Shown here piece after piece: positions 49,655 to 62,574 of a stretch of 64,000 bases of DNA; position 1 is the first letter of the stretch; each line of letters starts with the position of its first letter. The notes under the pieces are model-generated. The model saw only the letters and a list, made by a program, of their open reading frames with translations. It was not told the DNA's origin and did not search any database. The position numbers and the translations under genes are program-made. The stretch is from Marsupella aquatica (Eukaryota; Plantae; Marchantiophyta): positions 9,487,875-9,551,874 of the forward strand of contig OZ316891.1 of NCBI GenBank assembly GCA_973895155.1, read 5' to 3'.

Positions 49655-52600
49655 TCAGGCGATAGGGGACTTCTCTTTGGCGAGGCCCAGAGCTTCTAGA
49701 GCAGAGGATGCTCCTGTTAACTCCACGCTTACATCCCAGAGCTGAGACGCCAGCCTTGGATTCCTTGCATTGAGGGTGGGTGTGCTTTCCTTGCAATCTT
49801 CGTAATATAATCCAGATGAGTTCTCAACCTCGGGTGATGATGCCAGAAGGATAGCTGTAGAGGCTCCTTCCTCAGGTGTCTGGTACAGCAAGACATGCGT
49901 TAGTCCAGAATGGTCGATGGTTGGAATCAAAAATTGGATTGAGATTAAGCCGGACACCAGTAAGCTTTCTGGCTTTCTCTAGCGGGATCCTGTCTCTCGG
50001 TTTGGCGCTTTTGTTCTTTGGCAATTTGATAGGAGTCCTCTATCCAAAAGAGAGAAAATAAAACATAGAAAAATCGAATCTAAGGTAGTCCAGCACAACC
50101 TGGATGGAAATAAAAAATGTATAGAAAAATACTCTAAAAACATTGTCACTCTTATTATTAGAGAAAATTTTACATTTGCTGAGATTCCATCCTGGCTACC
50201 AAGTCTATCTGAACATTGCATCTATCTGAGCATTCCCAGCAACCTCTAATGTTATGTGGGCTTTAATTTCACGAAACATCTGAATGAAGAAAAGTTAGAA
50301 GGTCGCACAAGTACTTACTTTAAGCCCAAACAGGCGGAAGAACGATCTCGCAAGACCTTCAACTTGAGGGGGAAGCTCTCCCATGCGGGTGACGTTTGGA
50401 AAGACATATCGGATCAGCTGCAAAAAGGACACGCGAGCTAGCAGTTAGACGAACAATTCCTCTCCACATTTCTCGTTGTTCCTCTAGGACAGAGCTCAGA
50501 TTGCCGATCAACATCATCATCAATATGAGAAGCAAAATTCAGCATAACCATGACTCCACGGAAAGGCCCCACTGTGGCATTTGCAGTGCAAGAACCTCTT
50601 CCGATCAAGAGAATTGCACGGGAGAAGAAGAGAAGGAACAGCTACATTTGTGTTGACTACGCCAGGATGCATAGCGTTTGAAATTATTGGAAGCCCCAGC
50701 TTTCTGCTCCGCTTGGCCAGCTCATATGAGAAGAGACAGTTAGCAAGTTTTGACTGGCCATATGCCCCCCAATTGTTGTAGACTGTGTAAAGAAGAACCC
50801 CAAGATATCCACCATCGTTTCAAATTAGAAGTGTGATAAATCCAGTGTCAGATCACAACCGAAACTATTTCCTTTGCCATTAAACTTCAGGTCAAATCTC
50901 ATGGTGTTCTCTGAATGAAGGAATGCAAAATACAACGAAAATCTACAAGGTTCAGGAAGTTGTACCTCGTGAGCCCTTGTAATTGAGATCTGTAAAGTCC
51001 ATTTGTCCAATGCGCTCTGCAGCAGAGGATAGTACAACTACTCTTGACTTTTTTCTGCCATTAACAGCCCAGTCGATTATATAAAGTGCTACCCAAAGAT
51101 GGTCTCCACATATCAATCAACTATGGACATTGCATCTTGGAGGGCAGAGTTTTCCTGACTCTATCACATGACAGATATCCCTCCACTTCCTTTGCACTGA
51201 AGCTTCCACATATTGGCATGGTTTCTATTGACAGACCTATAGGAACCTAAGACATCTTGTTGATGTACACGATGTCTTAATATTCTGATTTCCAGTTCAA
51301 CTTTGTTTCCTCTTCTGTATCCAGCCAGCCATCCTAAGTCTGTTTACTTGACTTCGACAACTACCATGGTGACTGCGACGAACTACCATGTGGGAGAGCG
51401 CCATTCGAAGACTTTTAACGAAGGTGTCCGTTAGCATGTGCGAGGAACGTACTCAGCTGATGCACTGGCAACAAGGTTGTCGAGGAGCAAGGAAGTGAGC
51501 AAGAAGTGGCCCAAGTGATTTACCTGTTCAACAATCATGTATCACTGGTTCAGTATACCAGTCTCAAATTCCTACAGGTTACTTTCCTATATAAGTGAGT
51601 CCTACAAGAAAGGACCAGATTACTTGGAAGCTACAAAGACAGGAGAGATGGATGTAGAATCCCGTCCGGTGGATACAAGTGAGTGCATAAACTGGCATAC
51701 CAGTAGCAGGTTGAAATTCCATCAATACATTTTCTCCAACAAAAATTAAGCATCTCTTGCAATTTCACATGGCAGTATCCGTGAAGAATTATTGCTTTCA
51801 AGAGCAGGAAGCGCTCACCCCAAGTTGCCTTTCAAAATTGTCTTTAGTGTAGGCTTGTGGACATGCCATGATACCGGCATTGTTCACCTGAAAAAGATAA
51901 GTACGCAGTCAGACATGCTTAGGAGCTAAGAAAACCTTATAAAATAAGGAGCCCAACTGCGCTGTCACCATAGCTATGAATTGGAACCTGCAGCATATTG
52001 TGATGAAGACATTGCTCTACAAACTATCTGAGGTATTTCACAGAAGGCCATAAATCTCTGAAACTCTCACAACCAGTAAAGTAGAAAAGATCCGACCTAC
52101 CAGAACATGCAATGGTAGACCTGTGTCGTTGTATTCAGCAGCAAACTGCCGGACTGATTGTAACGACTCAAGATCGACGGCCATTGATCTGTTCAGGAGA
52201 TTCACAACAGTTATAGTACATGTGTGTGTGGAAGAGCATGCATTTGCAGGTATGCAAATCTAGCGTGCAATTTATGACAGACAGAGGCTCTCAATAGTAG
52301 AACAACCCTTTGTATTGAATATATCTACTTGGCAATTGTAATCAGGTCAAGGGGCACCACCTATTATGTGGATATAGCGAAGTAAGACTCGTTGACAAAA
52401 TTAATCTTGCCAACCTGTACAGAGGAAGCACAGAACAGAGAAAGGATTCACCTTACAGATGCGTTATTCGAAGCCTGAGTTATTTCTCGAGCAGCTGCCC
52501 TGCCACTTTCCTCGTTCCTGCATGCTACCTTCCACATCCAAGTTCAAATTAAATGAGAAGGTCAAAATTTTACACTGTACTTTTCGTTCATCACATTGAA

Positions 52601-53306
52601 CTTCCAGGCGAGTTTCTACGATTGCCCAAAAGCTAGAATTAGAGAAAAAAGGCGAATGCAAGTAAGGCATTAATGGATTCGAGATTTCACCTAAAGTAAC
52701 GACCATGCCCTTCTTTGCAAGTTCCAATGCGGTTGCTTTGCCTATGCCTGTAGTCACATGAATGCCACAGCCAGAAGTTTGAGCCTGACCTGCCCTTGCA
52801 GTAATATTTAACCAGTTCAGGGCAATCCTTGAAAAAATCATGCTACGGCCTTACAACGTTATGTTTCCCTGTCCAGTAAGCTTTCTACATAAGGATGAAA
52901 TTATGAATGAATTAAATACGTGACAGACCAAGCTAAAGTCCTTTTCGCAATCCAATTCCAACCTTTATTATGGGATTTGGCTTGCCGTGTCTATGTTTTC
53001 GCAGACTACATCCAATTGTGAAGGTAGCTCGAATAGAGTTAGTATATTCCGAATCTTTCCAACGTTCGGAGAACTTACCACTATTTGCTCCAGTGATTAT
53101 GACATGACGTCCTGCAGCCGATGAGGCGCGAGCTCCACGGCTCCCAGGAAGCACATGGATGTTTCTCTGCTGACAACACCCAACAAATACAGCCTCAGAA
53201 TCAATAGTTAACAGCTGAGCATTGAAACTGGAGAATTCGCTCTAAATCCAACTTGCTCCGGGACAATGTGGAGTGTCAGGGGATCTGCCACCGTGCGGGT
53301 TGCCAT
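49655..53306 (-). CDS. Short-chain dehydrogenase/reductase, RDH12/Tic32-like (multi-exon; start uncertain)
   Basis: Spliced motifs: VIITGANSGIGKATALELAKKG; ACRN; VDLESLQSVRQFA; VLVNNAGIMACP; VNHLGHFLLT; SRVVVLSS; catalytic YGQSKLAN; AMHPGVVNT; TPEEGASTAILLASSPEV..SGLYYEDC..LWDVS. Confidence 0.9.
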
Positions 53307-54109
53307 TTGTTATGTACTACAAAACTCCCTTCACTGCGAGACCTTTCTGGCATTTTCTGTGGCATCCTCCTAATGTGGAAGATTCTCTGCCTACTTGAGT
53401 GGGCTTCACAACAATGGCACTGCATTGCAATTCTGTATCTTTACCAGAGTCCTAATTTGCCTATTAATTCATGAATTCTCTACCTTCTGAACAATACTGA
53501 AACACTCGCCACACGAATCATTCTGTCATTTAGCCATACTACAATTGCGGTGGTGTGTGCAAACTGAAACCGTGCACATCGACTACAGGTCGTTTCAATT
53601 GATTGAAGCCATAAAGCTTGAAGAAAGACAAATTCCAAGAGCAAAGTGGAAATCGAATCTATCCACAACATCTTTCGACATCTGTGGACGGTCTCGGGTA
53701 TCGTTACAACCATCTTGATCGTCAATTGGACAGAGAGAGTGCTGGAGAGACTCCAAGTTGTGCGAAATTTTATCCAGGTCTATTTCGTCTAGTTCTCTTT
53801 ATTTGAAGTCCCGGGTAAGTTGCGACTAAACTAGAAGGGAGATCTTAGATGCTGCCGAAGAGGGAGGATGAGGATACCCGAGCTCGAGGACCGAGGAGGG
53901 TTGGGAGCTGGTGAATCGAAACGCCAAGAAATGTAGGAGAAGCCCAAGAGAACAGAGCATGGCGCCCCATACATGCAGCAGCAGTACAAGTCACGAAGCC
54001 GTCCATCACTCGAGTACAGGCAATTGGTATCGTGAAGAAGGTGAGGGAGGCAATTCACTGAGGGAGGCAATTTACTCCATTGCCGCTGAAGAGGTGATGA
54101 GCAGCTGTG

Positions 54110-54352
54110 TGATTCATTTGTTTGATGATGTGGGCATTGCTGTGTTCATCAACGACCGACGAAACAAAGCATTCGCTGTTGTGTGGAGGTGACGAATTGA
54201 TTTGTTTGATGATGTGGGCATTCGTGCATCCACCATCGACCAACGAAGCAATAGCACTCTCTGTCGTGCGGAGGTGTCAATTTTGATTTGTTTGATGATG
54301 TGGGCATTCGTGCGTCCACCAACGACCAGAGCATTTTCTGTTGAGTGGAGGT
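54110..54352. repeat. ~88-bp tandem repeat x3 upstream of the SDR gene
   Basis: atttgtttgatgatgtgggcatt...ca(a/t)cgacc...gcatt..ctgt.g.g.ggaggtg x3. Confidence 0.9.
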
Positions 54353-54568
54353 GAAGAAGGGAGAATAACAACACCACAAAAAGGGACTCTACGGGGTCCA
54401 AATGGCCCACGTCACGACAGCGAAGCATCCATCTCAAATATTGGATGCCGAGAATTGAACTTGGAACTGATGACGTACTTTGAAACGAGGCAAGTGTGCA
54501 AGAGGGAATAAACTTTCTGAGATCTCTATTTGATTTCCATTCGCCCCTGTTCACCCTCTAATAATAAC

Positions 54569-54721
54569 AATGCTATCCTATCCTATATCCACAAGCCTCT
54601 AGTGTATGTTTTTCTTTGCATTTCTAATGCTATCCTGTTTCCGCAAGCCTCTCGTGTATTTTTTTGGTTTGTATTTTAAATGCTTTCCTATATCCACCAG
54701 CCTCCCGTGTATTGTTTTTTG
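54569..54721. repeat. ~52-bp minisatellite: three copies here, a fourth at 58916-58975 beyond the LTR element
   Basis: aatgctatccta..tcc.caagcct..cgtgtatt repeats on both sides of the LTR insertion. Confidence 0.85.
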
Positions 54722-57700
54722 TGTTGTGATATAAGATTCATACATAGTTGGAGAGGGAGAGAGATTGAATGAATGTATTAATGAATGTATGAATGAATGA
54801 ATGAATCACTCGGTTGGGGATAAACCGGGTGTATATATAGTGTCTTGAGGTAACCATGGTAAAGGTAACCTCCTAGTCTGGTCTAGGACTAGTTACCTCA
54901 TAACACTCCCCCTTGGCTACATAATGGGAGTTATGGAGACAATCTAGACTAGTCCTAGAACTAGGTAAGAAAAATCTATCACCATGCTTATAGACTTGCA
55001 CGAGATGAGTTTCAGTGATAGTAAAAAGTGTTTGCATGCTTATAGACATGTATGTTTGATTGACCAAAGAGGCGGACTGCCTCGTTAAAACCTTTAGCGG
55101 TGCTAGATTGAGGTAAAAACAACTCTACCAGGGTAGTAGAGAAAAAATAAAATGTATGACCCTAAAGGAAAAAGAGTACAGCCCGTTGGTCCTCTTGGTG
55201 AGATGTGAGAGTTGAACCACGGTGGTGGTGTGTGTCAATCATGTGTCAATCATGTGTCAATCAGTAGTAATTAGGCGGTGTAAGCTTCGGAGTTCAATTG
55301 CATGGCAGTGGTGTCTGTGGACAGGAGGGGTCAATGCCTTCATGAAAAACTTTGTCTAGTTCTCCGCATTTGAAATTTGGGTCACCTGTATGGCCTTGCA
55401 TCAAATAAACAATCTAAGTTCCAAATAATTAGTAGTTTGGTTAGTAGCTGGAGGAACCATGTCATGTTTTAGTATGGCTTATGCTATCTAATACCAGGGG
55501 GTATTAAGATAATTAATGTGGGTTGTGTGGGGATGCAGTGGCATTATCCTATATGTTTCAGATCACTGGATTGATACCGAAGGTGCTAATTAGCCCAATT
55601 GCTAAATGGGAGTTTTCCAAAGTGTGGAGTAGACATGTTGCATCAACGGATGCTAATCATGTATTATTATAAAAATGATAGAAAAGTCCTAGTTTGGTAT
55701 GGTGTAAGTACCATATTTAGAAATGCCCAAAGTCAAGATAAAAGACCCATATGTGGGTAGGATGGGGCAATGTTATCATGGGCGAGTCTATGGCAATAAG
55801 CTCATTTGAGAGTATCGTGGTGCTGATGGACACGAAGGTGTTAGGAGGCACAGAGGTGCTAGTGGACACAGGGTTGTTGACACTAGAGGATGTTAGGTCT
55901 CAAGCTACATCAGAGGGTGTATGAACCAGAATCACACCAGAGGGTGTCCGTTAAGTTAGGTCTCCCGTGAGTGGCACGTCTGCAAATATCACGGGGTAGT
56001 TTGACAAGTGTGTCAAGACATGGGGTAGCAGGCCATGTAAGTAGATTCAAAATATTATTGAGACATGGGATAGTCATGTAGGGAGATTTGAAGTTAGAGT
56101 AACTTGTGGAGATAAGATGCTCCCCCTAAACTATTTGGCTCCTCGTATAGAGATATATGAGGATAGTCTCTATTTAGTTTCCAAGTACTAGTTGTACGTA
56201 CAATTGTGGTGTAGGTGAGCTCAAGTTCTTCAATAGATAAGTTTTGAGAGAATTGAGTTTCTTTCCCTTGGTCTGCATCTAATTCATTTTGTTTTCCCGT
56301 TAATTCTATGTTGGGTGTGGGGATGAAAATTGTCTTAATTTTAGTTTCAATCTAAGAGATTTGTTTAATAGTAATACACAAAGGTGAATGTGTCATTGGT
56401 CTGCGATCTATTATTCCGTTCCCCAAAATGAAGAGTGTATCAAGGTAGATTACGGACTTTGCCCATATTAACCCCGCATTGGGTCTTGACTAGATTAGGT
56501 TAGGGGCTTTGCCCATAATCCAAACATCTGTACCATACCTTTAACATTGTTAGTTTTCTAATTCCCTTATCCTAGTCCAGTGTCTTAGAGTAAGTGTTTT
56601 CATGTTGTCTGGTGAACATGATCCTAGGTCCGAAGGGATGAGGTTTGTGGTCTTATTTCTGTACAAGTTGTAAAGGCATGAATGCTAAAAGTGTATCAAA
56701 CTTTAATCAAAGTATAAGATTCTGGTTTTGGGTCTTAATCACTGTGTGTAAAGTCCATGTATGTTGCCAAGACTTTGTAATCCACAATGGATAGTGTCCG
56801 TGAGGTAGTACACCGGAAGGTGTAGGGATTCAATAGGATATTGGCATGTATGAAGTAGGTACATTCTCCCCCTAATGGTAGTAATGGGTGTAAACATGTC
56901 TAACAAGGGTAAACGTCAAACCCAATTAAGTCTATGATTGTGCAAAGATGTAATGATAACTTTCTTGTAAGTCATTTTGGACGTGTGATAGATGCAAAGT
57001 TGCTAATGTGTATGTATGACCTATATAAGGTCGCTTGGTTCTCTATAGGAATGGCCTAGTAACAGTTGTATAGATAAACATTCTGATGGAAATCTGGGCA
57101 TGGGTCTCTTCGGTTGAAGCGGGAGTTGAAGAAGGCATTATTAGCTTGGATGCTGGAAATTGGGGTTTCTTGACTAGCCGCAAGACGAGCTATGAATGTT
57201 TAGTTGTCCTAGATTTATGCCTTGTTCATTCTTCATTAGAGTTAACAAGAAGAATAGCACATTTGAGGCATGCTTGAGGCTTCAGGAATCAACTGAAGGG
57301 ATTCTTTTAATTTTGTTTATGTTCTCAAAATGAAGTGCATGTGGTGTATTTGGGAGATTCTTAGGCCAGATTCTTTGTGGTCATTTGTGCGCTTGGCATA
57401 TATTGTATTCACTATTAATTTTGGTTTATGGTTGAGTGGAAATGAGTGCGCTTGTTGGAAGTTTAGAATATGAATGTGCACTTTTGTCTTGCTCTTATGA
57501 ATGGAGTTCAAGGGTGAACTGGACCTACTAGCAGTATGTTCATTGCATTTAGAGGTGCTTTATGCCTTTTGTCACTTAGTTTGAATAAGTAACTTGATTT
57601 TGATCTCAGCCTTATCTTTGGATAGTTTTGAGCTTAGATTATAAAGGAAAGATTTCCTTGTCTTGTTTTGCATTCATATTGTGGTGGCACTTTCAGATGT

Positions 57701-58910
57701 TTAAGTGAAAATTCCCTTTGCAGGAATGAAATCCTTTGTTTTTGTTTAAGTGTACATTGTTTTTGTAAATTTATTTTTCTTTGTATGAGTTTGCAGTTAA
57801 GGAGGTTTCACTTTCCTTTGTGTTTTCTTCGAGGGAACCAGGGGGTTGATATTCGTCGACTTTAGGCTTCCGTTGACAATTGCTCCTTGCGTTTCAGTTC
57901 TACTCCAATGAGAGTATCATCATGGTAACTTATGCTCCTTTGGTGCCTCTCCGGTGGAACGGTTCAGTCGAATCGGATCTCGCTACAATTTTTCTCAGAT
58001 TCGGCTATGGTGGGCTGCAACTTTGGTCTTTGGCCTTCTTCAGAACTTTGTTCCCTTTGGTCTTTGGCGACAGTGGCTATGCGTCCTACAAAGTTATGGC
58101 CACTCTTTGATCCTTTGCTTACAATCAATTTGGCTATGGAGCTCTACTTTTGTTTGATCTCGTTCTCAGTGTGGCTTTTCTCTTCTTATTCAGTCTGCCA
58201 TGAAATTGGATTGCTCTCTGGCTCTGTCTCCTGGAGTCGTTCAATCATGTTAATTTCATTACGATCATAAGCTCGTCTCCTCTACCCTCTCAAGGCCAGG
58301 ACTGTAAGCGCTCTATTGAAAAGTGCGACGCGGATGCGGCTTCTATTAATTTCTGTTGAGAAAGAAACTCCTTGCTTGGTTCTCAAGAAAGTGCACACAA
58401 AATCTTGGTTAACAAAAAAAAAACTCTCACTTCTATTCTCAAGATTCTGAAATCCCTGTTTTTAATTCCCTATGCTTGTATCTTTCTTGCACCTTTCTCC
58501 TCGAGATCATCGGATTTTATCTTGGAGTTCATCCGTCCATAGAATGTCATCTTCACCAATGAGGTTCAATTCCTTTGTAGAATTGCATGGTAAGCAAATC
58601 ATATGATTTCTTAAAGGGGTGAGACATTCGATCAAGCCATGGTGTGAAAAATTCTGCATTCAATTTCACGTAGGTAAAGGAGAGAATTGTCTCTCTCATA
58701 ACGGTAGAATCTACGTGCTGATAACGTGTTGTGATATAAGATTCATACATAGTTGGAGAGGGAGAGAGATTGAATGAATGTATTAATGAATGTATGAATG
58801 AATGAATGAATCACTCGGTTGGGGATCAACCGGGTGTATATATAGTGTCTTGAGGTAACCATGGTAAAGGTAACCTCCTAGTCTGGTCTAGGACTAGTTA
58901 CCTCATAACA
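54722..58910 (-). mobile_element. Non-autonomous Ty1/Copia LTR retrotransposon (Bianca-like PBS)
   Basis: 184-bp LTRs at 54722-54905 and 58727-58910 (TG...CA) differ at one site (54822/58827). The 5-bp TSD is TTTTG. The PPT (AAGGGGGAG on minus) follows 54905 and the PBS CGTTATCAGCAC (minus) precedes 58727. A decayed Copia RNase H tail (IQVTQISNAEN*TKFFMKALTP) lies at ~55330-55395. There is no long ORF. Confidence 0.93.
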
Positions 58911-59656
58911 TTTTGGTATTTTTAATGCTATCCTATTTCCAAAAGCCTATCGTGTATTCCTTTCTTTGTATTTCTAGAGATGATCATCTCGATGATCATA
59001 AGGCCTTACCTACAGATGAACCCAAGTTCTAGCCTGGCCTGGGGATTTCCCAAATTTGAATGAGAAGATATGTTAGACACAAGTGGTGAAAAGGTGATAG
59101 ACTATTGTTTTGCAGTGTAAAAGTGAGGTGAAATAATTCAAAAGTTCACTTGGGGCTTAACCATGCCCACCTGAGGATAATGGGCTGTCACCCCCTCAGG
59201 ATCACCACCCTCTACCCCTTCTTGGGGATGGGTTATTGCACTCAATCCCCTCTTGTATGGATATCTCTCGAAAATCTATTGAAAAAGAAAACATTTTGGG
59301 CCATTTTGGCCATTTGGGACTATGTTGGAAATTCCTAAATTAGTACCTAGACAAAGTGACAATGCCCTGCCAGTGAAAGTTTTTAAGGGTGTATCTAAGC
59401 ATAAACAGTTGCGCATGCTTCTTTTTTTCTGAAATGTGAACTTTCTTTAAAATGATGCCACAAAGTTCTGCAAAGTTCTACAAAGTTCACATTTCAGATA
59501 TCACATTTCAGATATGAACAAGTTGTGGCTTATGGCATTTTTAGATATCAAAAAACCAAGTTGTGGCTCATGGCATCTTATGGATCCATTTTTCTAAAGT
59601 AGAATTTTTTTGAAATCTCAGGGAAAGGGAGGCAACAGAAGAAAGTAATTAGTCTG

Positions 59657-60480
59657 AGGACCCCTTGATTATGTAAGCTTGTTTTATTAAACTATTTAGA
59701 GCCATGAAGAGTTTCACATTGGAATAGATAGATGAGTCAGAGGACAAAGGTTAAATAGAAGTTTCTAAATGAAGTGAATTTTAAAGGTAGTTAGGACAAT
59801 TTCATTGAGGACAAATATGAGTACATTTATGGTAATCCATAGGGTAATTCTCCATGCAAAATATTTCCCTTAGTACCTCTATGTCTATACAATACATGTA
59901 ACATTCCATATGGTTCATACAAAATATTGTTTTATCTATTGTAGTTGAAAGGTCTTAGAGTCCCTTGGTATTCCTTTATCCATAGTAGTTATGTTGTTTC
60001 TTACCTTTGCTTGTTATTCCTATATCCACAGTGTGTAGCCAAAGGGTTTCTTAAGTTATGTACCTTGGTAAATGTTAGAGAAGTTGAAAAGTTTCTTGTG
60101 TGTATTATGTTACCCTGGTGAATGATAGAGTAGCTAAAGAGTTTCTTTCTACTTTATTTCAAAAATGGTTGAAATCGGTAGAAAATTGAAACAGATTACC
60201 AGGAAACACTAATATATCAATCACAATTCATCCAAAGATTATTTTCTTTCACCTTGATTTTATCATTTTCTTTGTTTACTTGAAATGTTATTTTTCAGTT
60301 TTTCATTGTTTTTACAATGACATGGTCTAAGTGTTTTTCTTTGCCTTGACTCAAATAGGAATTATAGTCAAATTTGGTTCTTCTAGGTTGCACAACTAAA
60401 GGTTCTTGTTTGTGACAAATCATGCTGATGTGACTTCAGGTGCATCAAGGAATTTTGGAAGTAACTTTTCATGGGGGCCT
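59657..60480 (+). mobile_element. ~800-bp dispersed non-autonomous element, copy 2
   Basis: Diverged direct copy of 44421-45216. Confidence 0.8.
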
Positions 60481-61712
60481 GTAATAGCATTTGTACCCAA
60501 GACCTATGAGTCCCTACTCAAGTGAGCTACCACTTAGCCATGCTTGCCTAGGGAAATTTATTTTTGTTGTAAGGTGGTTCATAAAAAATTCATTAATCTA
60601 TAAATGAACTATTAAATTCTTCTTATTAACATCAGATTCTTAGTGAGAGGTAACGTTACAAGGCTAGCTACTTTTTTGGGGGATCCTCACACCTTTAGTG
60701 ATTTTGAAAAGAAAAGTGCTTTGCTGACTTATCTACAATAGATACGATAATCCTAAAAGTTTAAATACCCACATGGGGAAGGAAGCTTAAAGCTGGAACA
60801 ACTTGATGGAATCGTACAAATGCAAAAGTCATCAAAAATTAAAAGGCTTCAAGAACCACACCTCTGATTCCCTAGCAAATACACTCGCTAGTCCACTTGC
60901 ATCATACAATTACCTATTGAATTTTAGGGGAGACTAGCCTCATTATCAGTTCCTTAAATGTAATAGAGATGAGGAGAAAACCAAACCTCCTAGTAAAAAG
61001 ATTCCATTCCCTGCTAATTTTTGCCCCATCTCTATTTCTTTTTTGCGCTCTCACTGAATCTCCCTTGTGAAACTCATTTAGAGTCAAGGTCTAAAGATTT
61101 CACTCTAGAGAGTGGGCTAGGACCATGGAGGAGCGTTAGATTGCCTTTATTAGCTAGATATAAAAGCTATAAGGGTCCAATCCATGGGTTGCATGATTCA
61201 ACGTCTGGGCCAAAGGGACTATGGGAGTAGCATTTTCGGTTAATTTACGGGCAGAGGATCTTCGTGTATAAATTCTGAAATATGCGAAAGAGCACATACT
61301 GATGCTGTTGTGGAGGGTGGTACGGTGGGCCCCGCCTGCAGTCGATATAGCGACCAGATACATGGAACCACAAGGTGCCTGCCTTCTCGGAGTTCCTGCC
61401 GCCCTTCCAGGATCCCGTCCAAGGGGGATGCACCTGCTCCAACTGGCAAGGCCATCGGAATCCTGTTCGTGACCGTGTGAAACCAATGCGGAGTCGCGTT
61501 TGTGGCGCCCGGGATCGCGGTCGAATTGTGCAATGTGCGTTTTGTGCATGGGCTGGATCAGGACATGGCTGAAGTCTGGACTGAATAGGCGGTTGGTTAG
61601 TAATTAAGTAAGTTGAGGCGAATCGCATGAGGCATCAGATTTCTTAAGTTGGTTAGTAAGTAATTAAGCAAGTTGAGGGGCGAATCGAAGGAATCAGATT
61701 TCTTTTACACTC

Positions 61713-61715
<3 letters not shown>

Positions 61716-61762
<47 letters not shown>
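61716..61762. repeat. (GA)n microsatellite upstream of the oxidoreductase gene
   Basis: Uninterrupted AG run of about 23 units. Confidence 0.95.
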
Positions 61763-61765
<3 letters not shown>

Positions 61766-62574
61766 CCTGTACGCAAGTCAGTTTTCATCCTCTCTGCCCA
61801 CATTACGAGAAAGAATGCAGATCGGTCAAGGGAGTGAGTCATTCCCCACCCGTCGAGCTGATCCGGGCGTTGGTGGCGTCCATCCATTCATCGCTGTATT
61901 TAATGTAAGTGGATAGTGATCTTTTTATGATTTAGATGTTGGGCTTTGCTGGGCCATTCGGAGGGCCGAGAAGAATGTATCAGACTATTCTGTCGATCAG
62001 GAGGACGTCACATTCCATTCCCACCCAAATAATTCGAGGGGCATTTGGTGGGGTAAGTCTTAAGGAATCACCACAGGCAGAATTGAGGGGCCTCCTGTTT
62101 TGAAATTCGGGATCACTGGAGTGGCGACCGGAATTTCTATGATTATGATGAGGGAAGAAGAGGATTGAAGAAAAAGTGTCAGTATTAGTCTGTAGATAAT
62201 TTACAGCTGCTGCAGTGGAGTTTTCCTCTTTGGGTGCTGGAGAAAGATGAGCAGTTGAGATGGTCCAGTAGAAGCTTCCTTGGCTTCCTTGATTGAATCA
62301 AACGACTCGGCAGGGTGGAGAGGGTGACCGTGGACAGGGATGGTCACTGACAACATATCAATGCAAGACTCTACTGCAGCAGTTAAACGTGTGTGGAATT
62401 GATGACATTGTTGCAGTGACGTTTGGTATAAAAAGTGTCTGTAGTGGCTGGTCTGATTGATTATGTTTCATCTCATGAGACTGGAGAGCTAGCAATTGAA
62501 AAGCAGAATTCTTTGGAAGTGGACCAAATTAGAGGGAGCCAGTCTCGACCGGCCATTCGGAGGCGGGAGGAATC

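Noticed and set aside
59090-59600. Inverted similarity to 16900-17470 (tgccagtgaaa.gtt..taa)
   Set aside because: Too short and diverged to define an element by eye.
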